Positions 1 to 10,242 of a stretch of 47,546 nt of DNA are shown here, piece after piece. The DNA is from Clostridia bacterium. Lineage in GTDB: Bacteria > Bacillota > Clostridia > TANB77 > CAG-508. Numbering within the stretch: the first letter of the stretch is position 1; each line of letters starts with the position of its first letter. The notes beneath the pieces are model-generated. The model saw only the letters and a program-made list of their open reading frames with translations. It ran no database searches and was not told the DNA's origin. The stretch covers positions 1-47,546 of the forward strand of contig JAZSAX010000008.1 in assembly GCA_045602065.1 (NCBI GenBank). The letters run 5' to 3'. The position numbers and the translations under genes are program-made.

Positions 1-2
1 CT

Positions 3-725
3 TTATTAATAGTAACAGATACACACAAAAAGAATTTTGTAGAAGTCCCTGAGCTTTTAGATAAAACAGAAAATATAGTTATAATAGATCACCATAGAAA
101 AAGTGCAGAATTTATAGAAAATGCAACACTCACACTTCACGAAGCATATGCATCATCAGCATCTGAGCTAGTAACAGAAATTATAGAATATGCAAGTAAT
201 GATATAGTATTAAATCAAATAGAAGCAGAAGGACTATATGCTGGTATAATGATGGATACAAAGAATTTTACTTTTAAAACAGGTGTAAGAACATTTGAAG
301 CAGCAGCATATCTACGCAGATGTGGTGTCGATATAATAAAAGTAAAAAAATGGTTTCAAAGTGATTTAGAAAGTTATAACAAAATATCAGAAATTGTAAG
401 AAAATCAGAAATAACACATGATACAATAGCAATTTCATCATATGAATCACAAGAAAAAGATGCAAATCTAATATGTGCAAAAGCAGCAGATGAATTATTA
501 ACAATAGGTAATATAACAGCATCATTTGTATTAGGAACTATGGGAGAAAAAATATGTATTAGTGGGCGTTCAATTGGAGACATCAATGTTCAAGTGATAC
601 TTGAAAAACTAGGTGGTGGAGGACACATCACTTTAGCTGGAGCACAATTAGAAAATAAAACTATTGAAGAAGCAAAACAAGAATTAATGGAAAAAATAGA
701 AGAATATTTTTCAGAAAAAGAATAA
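3..725 (+). CDS. gdpP: C-terminal part of a DHH/DHHA1 phosphoesterase, GdpP (c-di-AMP phosphodiesterase)-like; 5' end lies outside the window
   Basis: Frame is open from the window edge (nt 3) to TAA 723-725. Translation shows a DHH motif (IIDHHRK) and a DHHA1 GGGH motif. Matches the conserved Firmicute order gdpP-rplI-dnaB. Confidence 0.8.
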   Translation, partial: LLIVTDTHKKNFVEVPELLDKTENIVIIDHHRKSAEFIENATLTLHEAYASSASELVTEIIEYASNDIVLNQIEAEGLYAGIMMDTKNFTFKTGVRTFEAAAYLRRCGVDIIKVKKWFQSDLESYNKISEIVRKSEITHDTIAISSYESQEKDANLICAKAADELLTIGNITASFVLGTMGEKICISGRSIGDINVQVILEKLGGGGHITLAGAQLENKTIEEAKQELMEKIEEYFSEKE

Positions 726-738
726 AAGGAGAAACAAC

Positions 739-1182
739 ATGAAAGTAATTTTAAAAGCAGATATTAAAGGTGTAGGCAAAAAAAATGAGATAATAAACGC
801 ATCAGATGGATATGCTCGTAATTTCTTATTTCCAAAAAACTTAGCAGTTGAAGCAAATACTGAAAATATGAGTAAATTACAAGCACAAAAAGATTCTACA
901 CAATTTAAAAAAGATACAGAAAAAGAAGAAGCTAAAAAAGTTGCTGAAAAATTAACTAAAATAATGGTGAAAGTAGAAGTTAAAGCCGGTGAAAATGGAA
1001 AAATATTTGGTGGAGTTTCAGCAAAAGATATAGCAGAAAATTTAAACAAACAACATGGAATAAAAATTGATAAAAAGAAAATTGATTTAAAAGAAACTAT
1101 AAAAACATTAGGGATACATCACGTAGATGTAAAATTATACGAAGGAGTAGCTGGAAAAATAAAAGTAGATGTGAGAGGATAA
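739..1182 (+). CDS. rplI: 50S ribosomal protein L9
   Basis: 147 aa starting MKVILKADIKGVGKK, typical of the L9 N-terminus. GGAG RBS upstream. Sits before dnaB. Confidence 0.95.
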   Translation: MKVILKADIKGVGKKNEIINASDGYARNFLFPKNLAVEANTENMSKLQAQKDSTQFKKDTEKEEAKKVAEKLTKIMVKVEVKAGENGKIFGGVSAKDIAENLNKQHGIKIDKKKIDLKETIKTLGIHHVDVKLYEGVAGKIKVDVRG

Positions 1183-1186
1183 GTAT

Positions 1187-2521
1187 ATGGAACTAGGAAA
1201 AATACCACCACATGATATAGATGCAGAACAAGCTGTATTAGGTAGTATGCTAACAGATAAAGATGCAGTAAATGCAACAATAGAAACATTAAAAGAAGAT
1301 GCATTTTATAGAGAAGATAATAAAGCAATATATCAAGCAATAATTAATTTATATAGTAAATCTGAACCAATAGATATTATTACTTTAAAAGATGAACTAG
1401 AATCTATGGACAAGTTCGAGCAAGTTGGTGGATATGAGTATTTGGCAAGTTTGCCAGATAAAGTTCCTACAACAGCAAATGTCCAAAGATACATAAAAAT
1501 AGTAGAAGAAAAATCTATATTAAGAAATTTAATAAAAACAGCGAATGAAATAATTGAATTGGGTTATAGCCCAACAGAAGATGTTGAAGATATAATGGAT
1601 GGTGCAGAAAAAAGAATTTTTGACATCATGCAAAGTAAAAATCAAAAAGGTTATACACCAATAAAAGATGTATTAGTAGAAAGTTTTGCAAAACTGGAAG
1701 AATTGTATAATAGAAAACAACATATAACTGGTGTGCCTACAGGATTTGCTGAATTAGATTATAAAACAGCAGGGCTACATGGTTCTGAATTAATACTTGT
1801 TGCAGCAAGACCTGCGATGGGAAAAACAGCATTTGCATTAAATATAGCAACAAATGCAGCATTAAGAGGAAATGCACCTGTAGCAATATTTAGTTTAGAG
1901 ATGTCAAAAGACCAATTAGTAAACAGAATCTTATGTAGTGAAGCAATGGTTGATAGCAATAAAGTTAGAACAGGAAAATTAGAAGAAGATGACTGGGTGA
2001 AATTAGCAGGAGCAATTGGACCATTGTCAGAATCTGAAATATACATAGATGATACTCCTGGTATTTCTGTTATGGAAATAAGAACTAAATGTAGAAAACT
2101 TAAAATGGAAAAAGATATTGGCCTAGTAGTAATAGACTACTTACAATTAGTTCAAGGAAGTAATAAAAGAGGTGCTAGTAGGGAACAAGAAATTTCAGAA
2201 ATAAGTAGATCTTTAAAAATATTAGCGAAAGAGATAAATGTTCCTGTAATCGCATTGTCACAGCTATCAAGAGCTGTTGAACAAAGACCTGACCATAGAC
2301 CTATGCTTTCAGATTTGCGTGAATCTGGAGCGATAGAACAAGATGCCGATATTGTAATGTTCTTATATAGAGACGACTATTATAATAAAGAAAGTGAGAA
2401 AAAAGATATAGCAGAAGTTATAATTGCAAAACAAAGAGGTGGTTCAACTGGTACAGTTGAATTACTATGGATGGGTAATTATACTAAATTTGTTAATTTA
2501 GAAAGAAGATTTGATGATTAA
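1187..2521 (+). CDS. dnaB: Replicative DNA helicase (DnaB family; called dnaC in B. subtilis)
   Basis: 444 aa. N-terminal PPHDIDAEQAVLGS motif, Walker A GKTAFAL, and C-terminal RecA-like motifs (SLEMS, DYLQL, SQLSR). Confidence 0.95.
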   Translation: MELGKIPPHDIDAEQAVLGSMLTDKDAVNATIETLKEDAFYREDNKAIYQAIINLYSKSEPIDIITLKDELESMDKFEQVGGYEYLASLPDKVPTTANVQRYIKIVEEKSILRNLIKTANEIIELGYSPTEDVEDIMDGAEKRIFDIMQSKNQKGYTPIKDVLVESFAKLEELYNRKQHITGVPTGFAELDYKTAGLHGSELILVAARPAMGKTAFALNIATNAALRGNAPVAIFSLEMSKDQLVNRILCSEAMVDSNKVRTGKLEEDDWVKLAGAIGPLSESEIYIDDTPGISVMEIRTKCRKLKMEKDIGLVVIDYLQLVQGSNKRGASREQEISEISRSLKILAKEINVPVIALSQLSRAVEQRPDHRPMLSDLRESGAIEQDADIVMFLYRDDYYNKESEKKDIAEVIIAKQRGGSTGTVELLWMGNYTKFVNLERRFDD

Positions 2522-3506
2522 AATGAAAAATAAAGTATTAGAAACAATAAAAAAATATAATCTAATAGAATCTGGAGATAGAGTCGTTTTAGGCGTATCT
2601 GGTGGTCCAGATTCTATTTCTATGTTAAATATTTTACATGAAATAAAAGAAGAATTTCAATTTGAAATATATGTAGCACATATAAATCATATGATAAGAG
2701 AAGAAGCAGAAGATGATGAAAAATATGTGCAAACATATTGTGAAAAAAATGGCATACAATGTTATGTGAAAAGAATAGATGTGCAACAAATTGCAAATAC
2801 TAATAAAATAGGAACTGAAGAAGCCGGACGAAAAGTTCGTTATGATTTTTTTGAAGAAGTGATGCAAAATGTTGGAGCAAATAAAATTGGTATAGCCCAT
2901 AATAAAAATGACAAAATAGAAACAATAATAATGAATTTGCTTAGGGGAAGCGGACTTTCAGGTCTTAAAGGAATAGAACCTATTAGAGATAATAAATATA
3001 TAAGACCATTAATCGAATGTGACAGACAAGAAATAGAAGCTTATTGTGAAGAACATCAATTAGAACCAAGAATAGATAAAACTAATTTTGAAAATGATTA
3101 TACAAGAAATAAGATTCGCAATATCATTATTCCGTATATAAAAAAAGAGTTCAATCCTAATATAATTGAAACGATAGATAGATTATCTCAAGTAGCTACG
3201 GATGAAAGCAATTACATGGATAAGCAAACTAATATAATATATCAAAAATTGCTAATTTCAGAAACAGAAAATGAAATCATATTAAAATTGAAAGACTTTA
3301 ATATCCAAGATAAAGTTATTAAAAATAGAATAATTTTATTGACTATAAAACAACTAATGGGTTCAACACAAAGGATAGAGAGAATACATATAGAAGATAT
3401 AATTAAGTTATGTGATAATAATGTAGGTAATAAATTTTTAACACCAAATAAAAATATTAAATTTTTAGTAAAAGATAAAAAGCTTTATATCCGTAGAAAT
3501 GTTTAG
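2514..3506 (+). CDS. tilS: tRNA(Ile)-lysidine synthase (short form)
   Basis: PP-loop SGGPDS near the N-terminus. Start is ambiguous (TTG 2511, ATG 2514, ATG 2523) and overlaps the dnaB stop. Confidence 0.85.
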   Translation: MIKMKNKVLETIKKYNLIESGDRVVLGVSGGPDSISMLNILHEIKEEFQFEIYVAHINHMIREEAEDDEKYVQTYCEKNGIQCYVKRIDVQQIANTNKIGTEEAGRKVRYDFFEEVMQNVGANKIGIAHNKNDKIETIIMNLLRGSGLSGLKGIEPIRDNKYIRPLIECDRQEIEAYCEEHQLEPRIDKTNFENDYTRNKIRNIIIPYIKKEFNPNIIETIDRLSQVATDESNYMDKQTNIIYQKLLISETENEIILKLKDFNIQDKVIKNRIILLTIKQLMGSTQRIERIHIEDIIKLCDNNVGNKFLTPNKNIKFLVKDKKLYIRRNV

Positions 3507-3548
3507 AAAATGTAACAAAAAGGACACAAAAAAGTTACGAAAAAAATA

Positions 3549-3577
3549 TTGAAAAAATAGAAAAGGTATGTTATATT
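3549..3577 (+). promoter_or_regulatory. Sigma-A type promoter for ftsH
   Basis: TTGAAA (3549-3554), 17-nt spacer ending in TGT, TATATT (3572-3577). Confidence 0.5.
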
Positions 3578-3614
3578 TTCAAATGTATAAAAAGATAAAT
3601 AGGAGGACTGAAAA

Positions 3615-5417
3615 TTGAAAAAAGGTATAAAGACATTAGCGATGTGGCTAATTATAGGAGTAATAGTAATAGTGTTACTATCGTCAATAATGGAAAATAG
3701 CAGTTCAAAAATGACTTATTCTGAATTAATAACAAGTATTGAAAACAGAGAAGTTGAAAATATAAAAATTTCTGCAGATGGAAGTATGGCTTCGGTAAAA
3801 TTGAAAAACTCAAAATTAGAAAAAGAAGTTAATATTCCAAGCTTAGATAGTTTTATAACTTATACAGAAGAATATTTAAAAACAGGTGAATTAACACTAG
3901 AAGAAGAAAGAGAATCAATCTGGATTACTGTTTTAAGTTTAATAACACCATTTGGGTTATTAATAATTTTCTTTATATTCTGGTTCTTAATGATGAGTGG
4001 AGGAAATCAAAACAGCTCAAGAGGTAGTATGTCATTTGGAAAAAGTAAAGCTAGACTTGTAAATGCAGGAGAAAAAAATAGAGTAACATTTGATGATGTT
4101 GCAGGAGTAGATGAAGAAAAAGAAGAATTACAAGAAATTGTAGAATTCTTAAAAAATCCAAAGAAATTTACAGACATGGGGGCTAGAATCCCAAAAGGAG
4201 TTTTACTTGTAGGTCAACCAGGAACAGGAAAAACATTACTTGCTAAAGCTGTTGCAGGTGAAGCTGGAGTTCCATTCTATATAATAAGTGGTTCAGACTT
4301 CGTAGAAATGTTTGTTGGTGTTGGTGCATCAAGAGTAAGAGACTTATTTGAACAAGCAAAAAAATCTGCACCATGTATAATATTTATAGATGAAATTGAT
4401 GCAGTTGGTAGACAAAGAGGTGCTGGACTAGGTGGAGGACATGATGAAAGAGAACAAACATTAAACCAATTATTGGTTGAAATGGATGGATTCTCAGATA
4501 ACGAAGGTGTAATAATTTTAGCAGCAACAAATAGACCAGATGTATTAGATAAAGCATTATTAAGAGCAGGAAGATTTGATAGACAAATAGTAGTATCAAG
4601 CCCAGATGTTAAAGCAAGAGAACAAATATTAGAAGTTCATGCTCGTAAGAAAAAATTATCAGAAGATGTAGACTTAAAAGTAATAGCAAAAAATACATCA
4701 GGATTTGCAGGAGCAGACCTTGAAAATGTATTAAATGAAGCGGCATTATTAGCTGCAAGAAGAAACTTTAAAGAAATAGGAATGAAAGAAATTGAAGATG
4801 CCATGGTAAAAGTAACTATGGGACCTGAAAAGAAAACAAGAGTAAGAAGCGAAAAAGAAAATAGATTAGTTGCATACCATGAAGCAGGTCATGCAGTAGT
4901 AAGTAGATATTTAGAAACACAAGACCCAGTACATCAAATATCAATAATACCAAGAGGTATGGCTGGTGGATATACTATGTATAGACCAACAGAAGATAAA
5001 TCATTTATGTCAAAAACAGAAATGGAAGAAAACATAGTATCATTACTAGGAGGAAGAGTTGCAGAAGCAATAATTCTAAACGATATTTCAACAGGTGCAA
5101 GTAATGATATAGAAAGAGCATCACAAATAGCTAGAAATATGGTTACAAAATATGGTATGAGTGATAGGGTTGGAACAATAATGTTCGGTGGAGGCCAAGG
5201 AGAAGTATTCTTAGGTAGAGACTTTGCTCAAACAAAAGATTATTCAGAAGAAACTGCTGCATTAATAGATGAAGAAGTTAAAAGAATTGTTGATAAGGCT
5301 TATAATAGAGCAAAAGACATTTTAACAGAACATGTTGATAAACTTCATGCGGTAGCAAGTGTATTGTTAGAAAAAGAGAAAATCGAAGGGGAAGAATTTG
5401 ATCAAATTTTCTCATAA
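3615..5417 (+). CDS. ftsH: ATP-dependent zinc metalloprotease FtsH
   Basis: 600 aa with a TTG start after AGGAGGA. N-terminal TM helices, AAA Walker [14 protein letters not shown] Walker B, zinc site HEAGHA. Confidence 0.97.
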   Translation: MKKGIKTLAMWLIIGVIVIVLLSSIMENSSSKMTYSELITSIENREVENIKISADGSMASVKLKNSKLEKEVNIPSLDSFITYTEEYLKTGELTLEEERESIWITVLSLITPFGLLIIFFIFWFLMMSGGNQNSSRGSMSFGKSKARLVNAGEKNRVTFDDVAGVDEEKEELQEIVEFLKNPKKFTDMGARIPKGVLLVGQPGTGKTLLAKAVAGEAGVPFYIISGSDFVEMFVGVGASRVRDLFEQAKKSAPCIIFIDEIDAVGRQRGAGLGGGHDEREQTLNQLLVEMDGFSDNEGVIILAATNRPDVLDKALLRAGRFDRQIVVSSPDVKAREQILEVHARKKKLSEDVDLKVIAKNTSGFAGADLENVLNEAALLAARRNFKEIGMKEIEDAMVKVTMGPEKKTRVRSEKENRLVAYHEAGHAVVSRYLETQDPVHQISIIPRGMAGGYTMYRPTEDKSFMSKTEMEENIVSLLGGRVAEAIILNDISTGASNDIERASQIARNMVTKYGMSDRVGTIMFGGGQGEVFLGRDFAQTKDYSEETAALIDEEVKRIVDKAYNRAKDILTEHVDKLHAVASVLLEKEKIEGEEFDQIFS

Positions 5418-5443
5418 TTCAGCAGAAATTTGCAAAAATAACA

Positions 5444-5468
5444 AAGAGTGCAGAAATGCACTCTTTTC
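5444..5468 (+). terminator. Intrinsic terminator after ftsH
   Basis: AAGAGTGCA-gaaa-TGCACTCTT hairpin followed by a T-run. Confidence 0.7.
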
Positions 5469-5566
5469 AAGTTTTCTAGCACATTAATTACCAAATTAAT
5501 CTATTGACAAAAAGTGATAAATGTAGTAATTATAATATATGAAATAAAAAAGAGAGATGAGTAAAT

Positions 5567-7945
5567 ATGAAGATACAAGAACTGGCAATAATATTTATAA
5601 TAATAATATTACCTATTTCATTACTACTTTCTGAATATACACAATTTCAAATACAGACAATAAAGCTTCAAACAGAATATGATGCTAGATTAATATCGGC
5701 AACATATGATGCAATAAAAGCTTTTCAGTTAAATGCTACTAATAGTACTACATCTGATTTATCGAATTCTAAGATGAGAGATTTAGAAGCATCTATAAAA
5801 ACATTTAGAAATTCAATAATGACTGGATTTGAATTAAATGGATATACAGAAGAAGACTTAAATAATTATATTCCAGCATTAGTATATACACTTTATGATG
5901 GGTTTTATATATATTCTCCATATAAAAGTACACATGACGAATTGGGGGATTTTATAGAAGAAGACAGTAGAGAATCTATATATGGATTAAAACCATATAT
6001 TAATTATAGTTGTAGATATAAGAATGATAATGGAACGATTGATGTTATCATAACATATGCATTAGACAATTATATAACTGTACAAGGAAAAATTGATGAC
6101 AACTATGTTAATAAAAGTGGATATTTGATTGATGGTATTACAATTGATGGGGATACAGTAAAATATAATGATATAGAAATCCAACAAGAACAATTGAAAG
6201 AAAATTTACTGGGAAGAGAATGTAGCTACGCAAAAATTAATGGAACTAAATATTATTTAGTAGAAGATTATACAGATGATGGGAAAGATTGCATAGTATA
6301 TATACTAAATGGAACATTAATTGTTCAATATGAAGAATTTGACGAAGAATTTACTTATTGGAAAAATAAAATAGTAAATAATGATAGTGCAAAACAATAC
6401 TATAGAGAAGCATATGAATTTACAAGATGGCTAAGAGAGGAAACGGATTTAGACACTTTAACTTATGCTAATGCTATTGATGAAGTAATAACAAAAGATG
6501 CAGATATTAACATTACTAATGTTTGGCCTGGAGAGAATACATTAATATTTGGAGATGATCCAGGAAAAAATATTGAAAATGAATCATCAAATTATAATCA
6601 ACATAGATTAAATGTAATAAGACATAAAATAGAGACAAATTTAGCTATAGCTATAGCTAATTATAACAATTATTCAGGAGTGTCTAGTAATGTATTCCAA
6701 ATGCCTAAATTAAAAGAAAATGAATGGGACAATATAGCACATAATATATCTTTAATAAGCTTTTTACAAGGGTTACATATAGGAGGCAAGGTATATAATG
6801 GATATTCACTTGTAACTAATTCAGAAAGTAAAGAAGTAGTTGTTGAAGACAACATTTACATATTAGGGCAAGATATTGAAGGAAATAAAGCTTATCATAA
6901 AATAGGTGACAAAGGTTTTGAAAATGGAACATTAAGCATTAATTCAGGTGAATATGGAGAATCAAGAAGTGCTGGAAGATTAAATCTTGATTTTGAAAGA
7001 AGAAAATTAACAAACAATAATATTTCATATTATTATTATCCTTTAAAAGCATATAATGCATCATATGATAGTATTGTAATGCAAAATAATGTTACTACTT
7101 ATGATGATATATATGAGTATGTAAATGGACAAAATTATGCATTAAAAGAAGCATTTTATACAGCCTTAGGAAGAGAAAGAGTAGGAAAATATAACAGCAA
7201 ATTTAATTATGCTGATATAGCTGCAAATAATGTAGGAACAATTGGATTGATAAGACATTATGATGCAACAAATAATACTGGAGATGGACATGATTCATCT
7301 ACAAGAATATGGAAAGATCTGACGGGAAATTATGATGTTACATTACTATCGTATTTTGGATGGAACAATGGTGGATTGCAATTATGTGCTGGAGATGTAG
7401 TAAGTTTTGGAGATTTAGGAGCATTACTAAATGGATTTACAATTGAAACGGAAATAAAGGGTTCTGACTTTTACTCATTTTATTATGGATTTGAAACCTT
7501 GTATAAGACGTACTTAAGTAAATATGTAGATGAGGATATTTACAGGATGTATGTTATGGGATTTTCGGATGAGGGGAATTATTCTTTGCCGTGTGGCGCG
7601 AACAATTTGTCTGAAGAGTGGTCGATCGAAGGTGATTATTTACCGCTGAAAGATAAATATATCACTTTAGCTACTACTTGGAATCAAGACACACATGCTT
7701 TTAAGACATATCTTAATGGACAACTTGTAGGAGAAACAATGATGGAACACTATGCTTACACAGACGAATGGGAGTGGTCACCTGTAGTTTGCGGTGAATC
7801 AAGTTCTATGGGCATTATGGGAGAGTTATGTTTTGGTAATGATGGGCTAGAAGATGTTTCGATAAACAAAATAAAAATTTACGACAGAGCATTAACAGCA
7901 GATGAAATATATCAAAACTTTGCAGTATCAGAAGGAAGTAATTAA
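5567..7945 (+). CDS. Membrane-anchored hypothetical protein with a C-terminal LamG/concanavalin-like (Laminin_G_3 type) domain
   Basis: 792 aa with one N-terminal hydrophobic helix (LAIIFIIIILPISLLL). The C-terminal ~230 aa carry LamG-like hallmarks (LATTWNQDTHAFKTYLNGQLVGE ... IKIYDRALTADEIYQNF). The middle ~500 aa have no motif I recognise. Confidence 0.55.
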   Translation: MKIQELAIIFIIIILPISLLLSEYTQFQIQTIKLQTEYDARLISATYDAIKAFQLNATNSTTSDLSNSKMRDLEASIKTFRNSIMTGFELNGYTEEDLNNYIPALVYTLYDGFYIYSPYKSTHDELGDFIEEDSRESIYGLKPYINYSCRYKNDNGTIDVIITYALDNYITVQGKIDDNYVNKSGYLIDGITIDGDTVKYNDIEIQQEQLKENLLGRECSYAKINGTKYYLVEDYTDDGKDCIVYILNGTLIVQYEEFDEEFTYWKNKIVNNDSAKQYYREAYEFTRWLREETDLDTLTYANAIDEVITKDADINITNVWPGENTLIFGDDPGKNIENESSNYNQHRLNVIRHKIETNLAIAIANYNNYSGVSSNVFQMPKLKENEWDNIAHNISLISFLQGLHIGGKVYNGYSLVTNSESKEVVVEDNIYILGQDIEGNKAYHKIGDKGFENGTLSINSGEYGESRSAGRLNLDFERRKLTNNNISYYYYPLKAYNASYDSIVMQNNVTTYDDIYEYVNGQNYALKEAFYTALGRERVGKYNSKFNYADIAANNVGTIGLIRHYDATNNTGDGHDSSTRIWKDLTGNYDVTLLSYFGWNNGGLQLCAGDVVSFGDLGALLNGFTIETEIKGSDFYSFYYGFETLYKTYLSKYVDEDIYRMYVMGFSDEGNYSLPCGANNLSEEWSIEGDYLPLKDKYITLATTWNQDTHAFKTYLNGQLVGETMMEHYAYTDEWEWSPVVCGESSSMGIMGELCFGNDGLEDVSINKIKIYDRALTADEIYQNFAVSEGSN

Positions 7946-7972
7946 GTATAGGATAAAAAATGGAGGTCAAAA

Positions 7973-8494
7973 ATGAACTATGCAGACATAAAAATAGCAG
8001 ATGTAGCAAATGGAAAAGGAGTTAGAGTATCATTGTTTGTTAGTGGATGTAATCATCACTGCAAAGGATGTTTTAATAGACAAGCCTGGGACTTTAACTA
8101 TGGAAAAGAATTTACAGAAGAAGACATAGATAGAATTATAAATGAATTAGACCACCCATATGTGGCAGGGCTTTCACTGCTTGGTGGAGAACCATTAGAA
8201 TATACAAATCAAAAAGGTCTATTACCACTACTAAAAAGAGTAAAAGAAAAATTTCCTGAAAAAGATATTTGGTGTTACTCAGGATATACATTTGATAATG
8301 ATATAGTAGGAAATATGTATAACAACTGGCCAGAAACAAAAGAAGTGATGTCATATATAGATGTATTAGTCGATGGAAAATTTGAAGAAGATAAAAAAGA
8401 TTTAAATTTAAAATTTAGAGGTTCTTCAAATCAAAGAATAATAGATGTGCAAGAATCCTTAAAAGTACATAAAGTTATTCCATATGAGGTTTGA
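7973..8494 (+). CDS. nrdG: Anaerobic ribonucleoside-triphosphate reductase activating protein (radical SAM)
   Basis: 173 aa. CNHHCKGC (CxxxCxxC) cluster, then LFVSGC...GGEPL...KDIW...VLVDGKF...RGSSNQR, collinear with E. coli NrdG as I remember it. Confidence 0.88.
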   Translation: MNYADIKIADVANGKGVRVSLFVSGCNHHCKGCFNRQAWDFNYGKEFTEEDIDRIINELDHPYVAGLSLLGGEPLEYTNQKGLLPLLKRVKEKFPEKDIWCYSGYTFDNDIVGNMYNNWPETKEVMSYIDVLVDGKFEEDKKDLNLKFRGSSNQRIIDVQESLKVHKVIPYEV

Positions 8495-8497
8495 GTT

Positions 8498-8527
8498 TTA
8501 CCACGGGGACGGAGTTAATGTAAAAAG
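8498..8527. repeat. Short GC-rich dispersed repeat, copy 1 (TTACCACGGGGACGGAGtTAATGTAAAAAG)
   Basis: The 17-mer TTACCACGGGGACGGAG is identical at 25746-25762. The flanking TAATG(G)TAAAAA is also shared. Resembles part of the right arm of the 19004-19232 palindrome. Confidence 0.8.
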
Positions 8528-8548
8528 CAACTTAATTTGTGAAAAAGC

Positions 8549-8578
8549 TTGACAACCTATAACCAAATAATGTATAAT
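8549..8578 (+). promoter_or_regulatory. Sigma-A promoter for rpsU
   Basis: TTGACA (8549-8554), 18-nt spacer ending in TG, TATAAT (8573-8578). Confidence 0.7.
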
Positions 8579-8647
8579 AATTAGCGTATATAGGAGATGA
8601 AAATCCCACATACAGTGTTCTAAACGCCGGAAGGAGGGGAATATTTA

Positions 8648-8818
8648 ATGTCAGAAATTAAAGTTAATAATGGAAATATAGAAGATGCACTAAAAAGATT
8701 TAAAAGACAATGTGCAAGAAATGGGGTTCTTCAAGAAGTTCGTAAAAGAGAACATTATGAAAAACCAAGTGTAAAAAGAAAGAAAAAATCAGAGGCAGCT
8801 AGAAAAAGAAAATTTTAA
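8648..8818 (+). CDS. rpsU: 30S ribosomal protein S21 (absent from the ORF track because it is under 60 aa)
   Basis: Own translation: [56 protein letters not shown], 56 aa. GGAGGGG RBS upstream. Typical S21 sequence. Confidence 0.9.
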   Translation: MSEIKVNNGNIEDALKRFKRQCARNGVLQEVRKREHYEKPSVKRKKKSEAARKRKF

Positions 8819-8834
8819 TAAAAAAGTAAAAAAA

Positions 8835-8886
8835 GGACCAGGTCCCAAATTCCGTAAAAAGGGACCTGGTCCCTTTTGCGTTTTTT
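8835..8886 (+). terminator. Intrinsic terminator after rpsU; member of the GGGACCWGGTCCC palindrome family
   Basis: GGACCAGGTCCC (8835-8846) pairs with GGGACCTGGTCC (8861-8872), followed by CTTTTGCGTTTTTT. Confidence 0.8.
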
Positions 8887-8952
8887 CATTAAAAGTCTTG
8901 AATAATTATTGGAAATTATATTATACTAGATAATGATGAAATGGAGGTCAAA

Positions 8953-10242
8953 ATGAGATATAAAGAAAAAGAGACAAAACAAGGAATAAAAATACATGAG
9001 ATACAAACTGATAAATTTAAAACAAATTTAGTAGCAGTATTCTTAAGTATGCCAATAACAAAAGAAAATGTAACAAAAAATTCACTACTTCTTGCAGTCT
9101 TAAGAAGAGGAAGTAAAAATATGCCTACACAGGAACAAATAAGCCAAGAGATGGAAGAAATGTATGGGGCAAGTTTTGATTGTGGATTAGATAAAACAGG
9201 AGATAACCATATATTAAAATTCTATTTAGAGGCTATAAATGATAGCTTTCTTCCACAAACAAATGAAAATATGTTGAAAACTAGTATAGAAAAATTGCTT
9301 GAAATAGTTTTTAATCCATTAGTGGAAAACGAAGCATTTAAAGAAGAATATGTGAAACAAGAAAAAGAAAATGTAAAAAGAATTATAGAAGGAAAACCTG
9401 ATAATAAAGCAAGATATGCATTTGATAGATGTATAGAAGAAATGTATAAAGACCAACCTTATGGATTATATAAATATGGATATATCGAAGACTTAGAGAA
9501 AATTACAGCACAAGAATTGTATGATTATTATAAAGATATGATTTCAAAATGCAAAATAGATATATTCGTTTCAGGTGATATAAATGAATCAACATCAATT
9601 GTAGAACAAAATGAAGATATTCAAAAATTACAAGAAAGAGAACCAAATTACAAAGTAAATAAAGTTGAACCAAAAGAAGAAGCACAAGAAAAAGAAGTTG
9701 TTGAAGAAATGGATGTAACACAAGGTAAATTAACAATAGGATTAGATTTACACTTAGACAATGAAGAACAAAAATATGATGCTATGCTATATAATGCAAT
9801 ATTAGGTGGAACGGCAAATTCAAAAATGTTCCAAGAAGTAAGAGAAAAAGCAAGTTTAGCTTATACAGCAGGTTCAAGTTATGTGAGATATAAAAGTAAT
9901 ATATTTATTAAATGTGGAATAGAAATCAAAAATTATGAAAAAGCAATGGACATTATTCGTAAACAATTAGATGATATGAAAAATGGAGTATTTACAGATG
10001 AAGATATACAAAATGCTAAAAAGGGAATAATTTCAGGTATAAAAGCTATAGATGATGAACAAGATACAGAAATTACTTATTTCTTTGGACAAGAATTAAC
10101 AGACACAAAAACTTCATTAGATGAATATATGGAAAAAATTCAAAATGTAACAAAAGAAGATATTATAAAAGTAGCAAACGCTGTTACTGTAAACACAGTA
10201 TACTTCTTAAAAGACAACTCTTCAGCAAAGGAGGAAAACTAG
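8953..10242 (+). CDS. M16 (insulinase/pitrilysin) family peptidase subunit without the HxxEH zinc motif (probably non-catalytic partner)
   Basis: About 429 aa from ATG 8953 (GGAGG RBS at 8943; the track start 8941 is less likely). Paired head-to-tail with the HxxEH-containing paralog. No HxxEH visible. Confidence 0.7.
   Translation: MRYKEKETKQGIKIHEIQTDKFKTNLVAVFLSMPITKENVTKNSLLLAVLRRGSKNMPTQEQISQEMEEMYGASFDCGLDKTGDNHILKFYLEAINDSFLPQTNENMLKTSIEKLLEIVFNPLVENEAFKEEYVKQEKENVKRIIEGKPDNKARYAFDRCIEEMYKDQPYGLYKYGYIEDLEKITAQELYDYYKDMISKCKIDIFVSGDINESTSIVEQNEDIQKLQEREPNYKVNKVEPKEEAQEKEVVEEMDVTQGKLTIGLDLHLDNEEQKYDAMLYNAILGGTANSKMFQEVREKASLAYTAGSSYVRYKSNIFIKCGIEIKNYEKAMDIIRKQLDDMKNGVFTDEDIQNAKKGIISGIKAIDDEQDTEITYFFGQELTDTKTSLDEYMEKIQNVTKEDIIKVANAVTVNTVYFLKDNSSAKEEN

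Noticed and set aside
5504-5536. TTGACA ... TATAAT upstream of the LamG gene as a promoter
   Set aside because: The spacer between the two hexamers is 21 nt. Alternative -10 choices are poor, so it is not reported as a feature.
7555-7650. Local patch of G/C-ending and NCG codons (tcg, ccg, gcg, ctg) inside the LamG gene, including a TCGATCGA palindrome
   Set aside because: It is only about 100 nt and the reading frame is intact. I could find no stable secondary structure or repeat. Without statistics I cannot distinguish it from chance or a small recombination patch.
8579-8647. Possible regulatory leader or uORF (MKIPHTVF) upstream of rpsU
   Set aside because: The uORF ATG directly abuts its putative SD, so the spacing is unusable. 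I cannot support any convincing conserved structure by eye.
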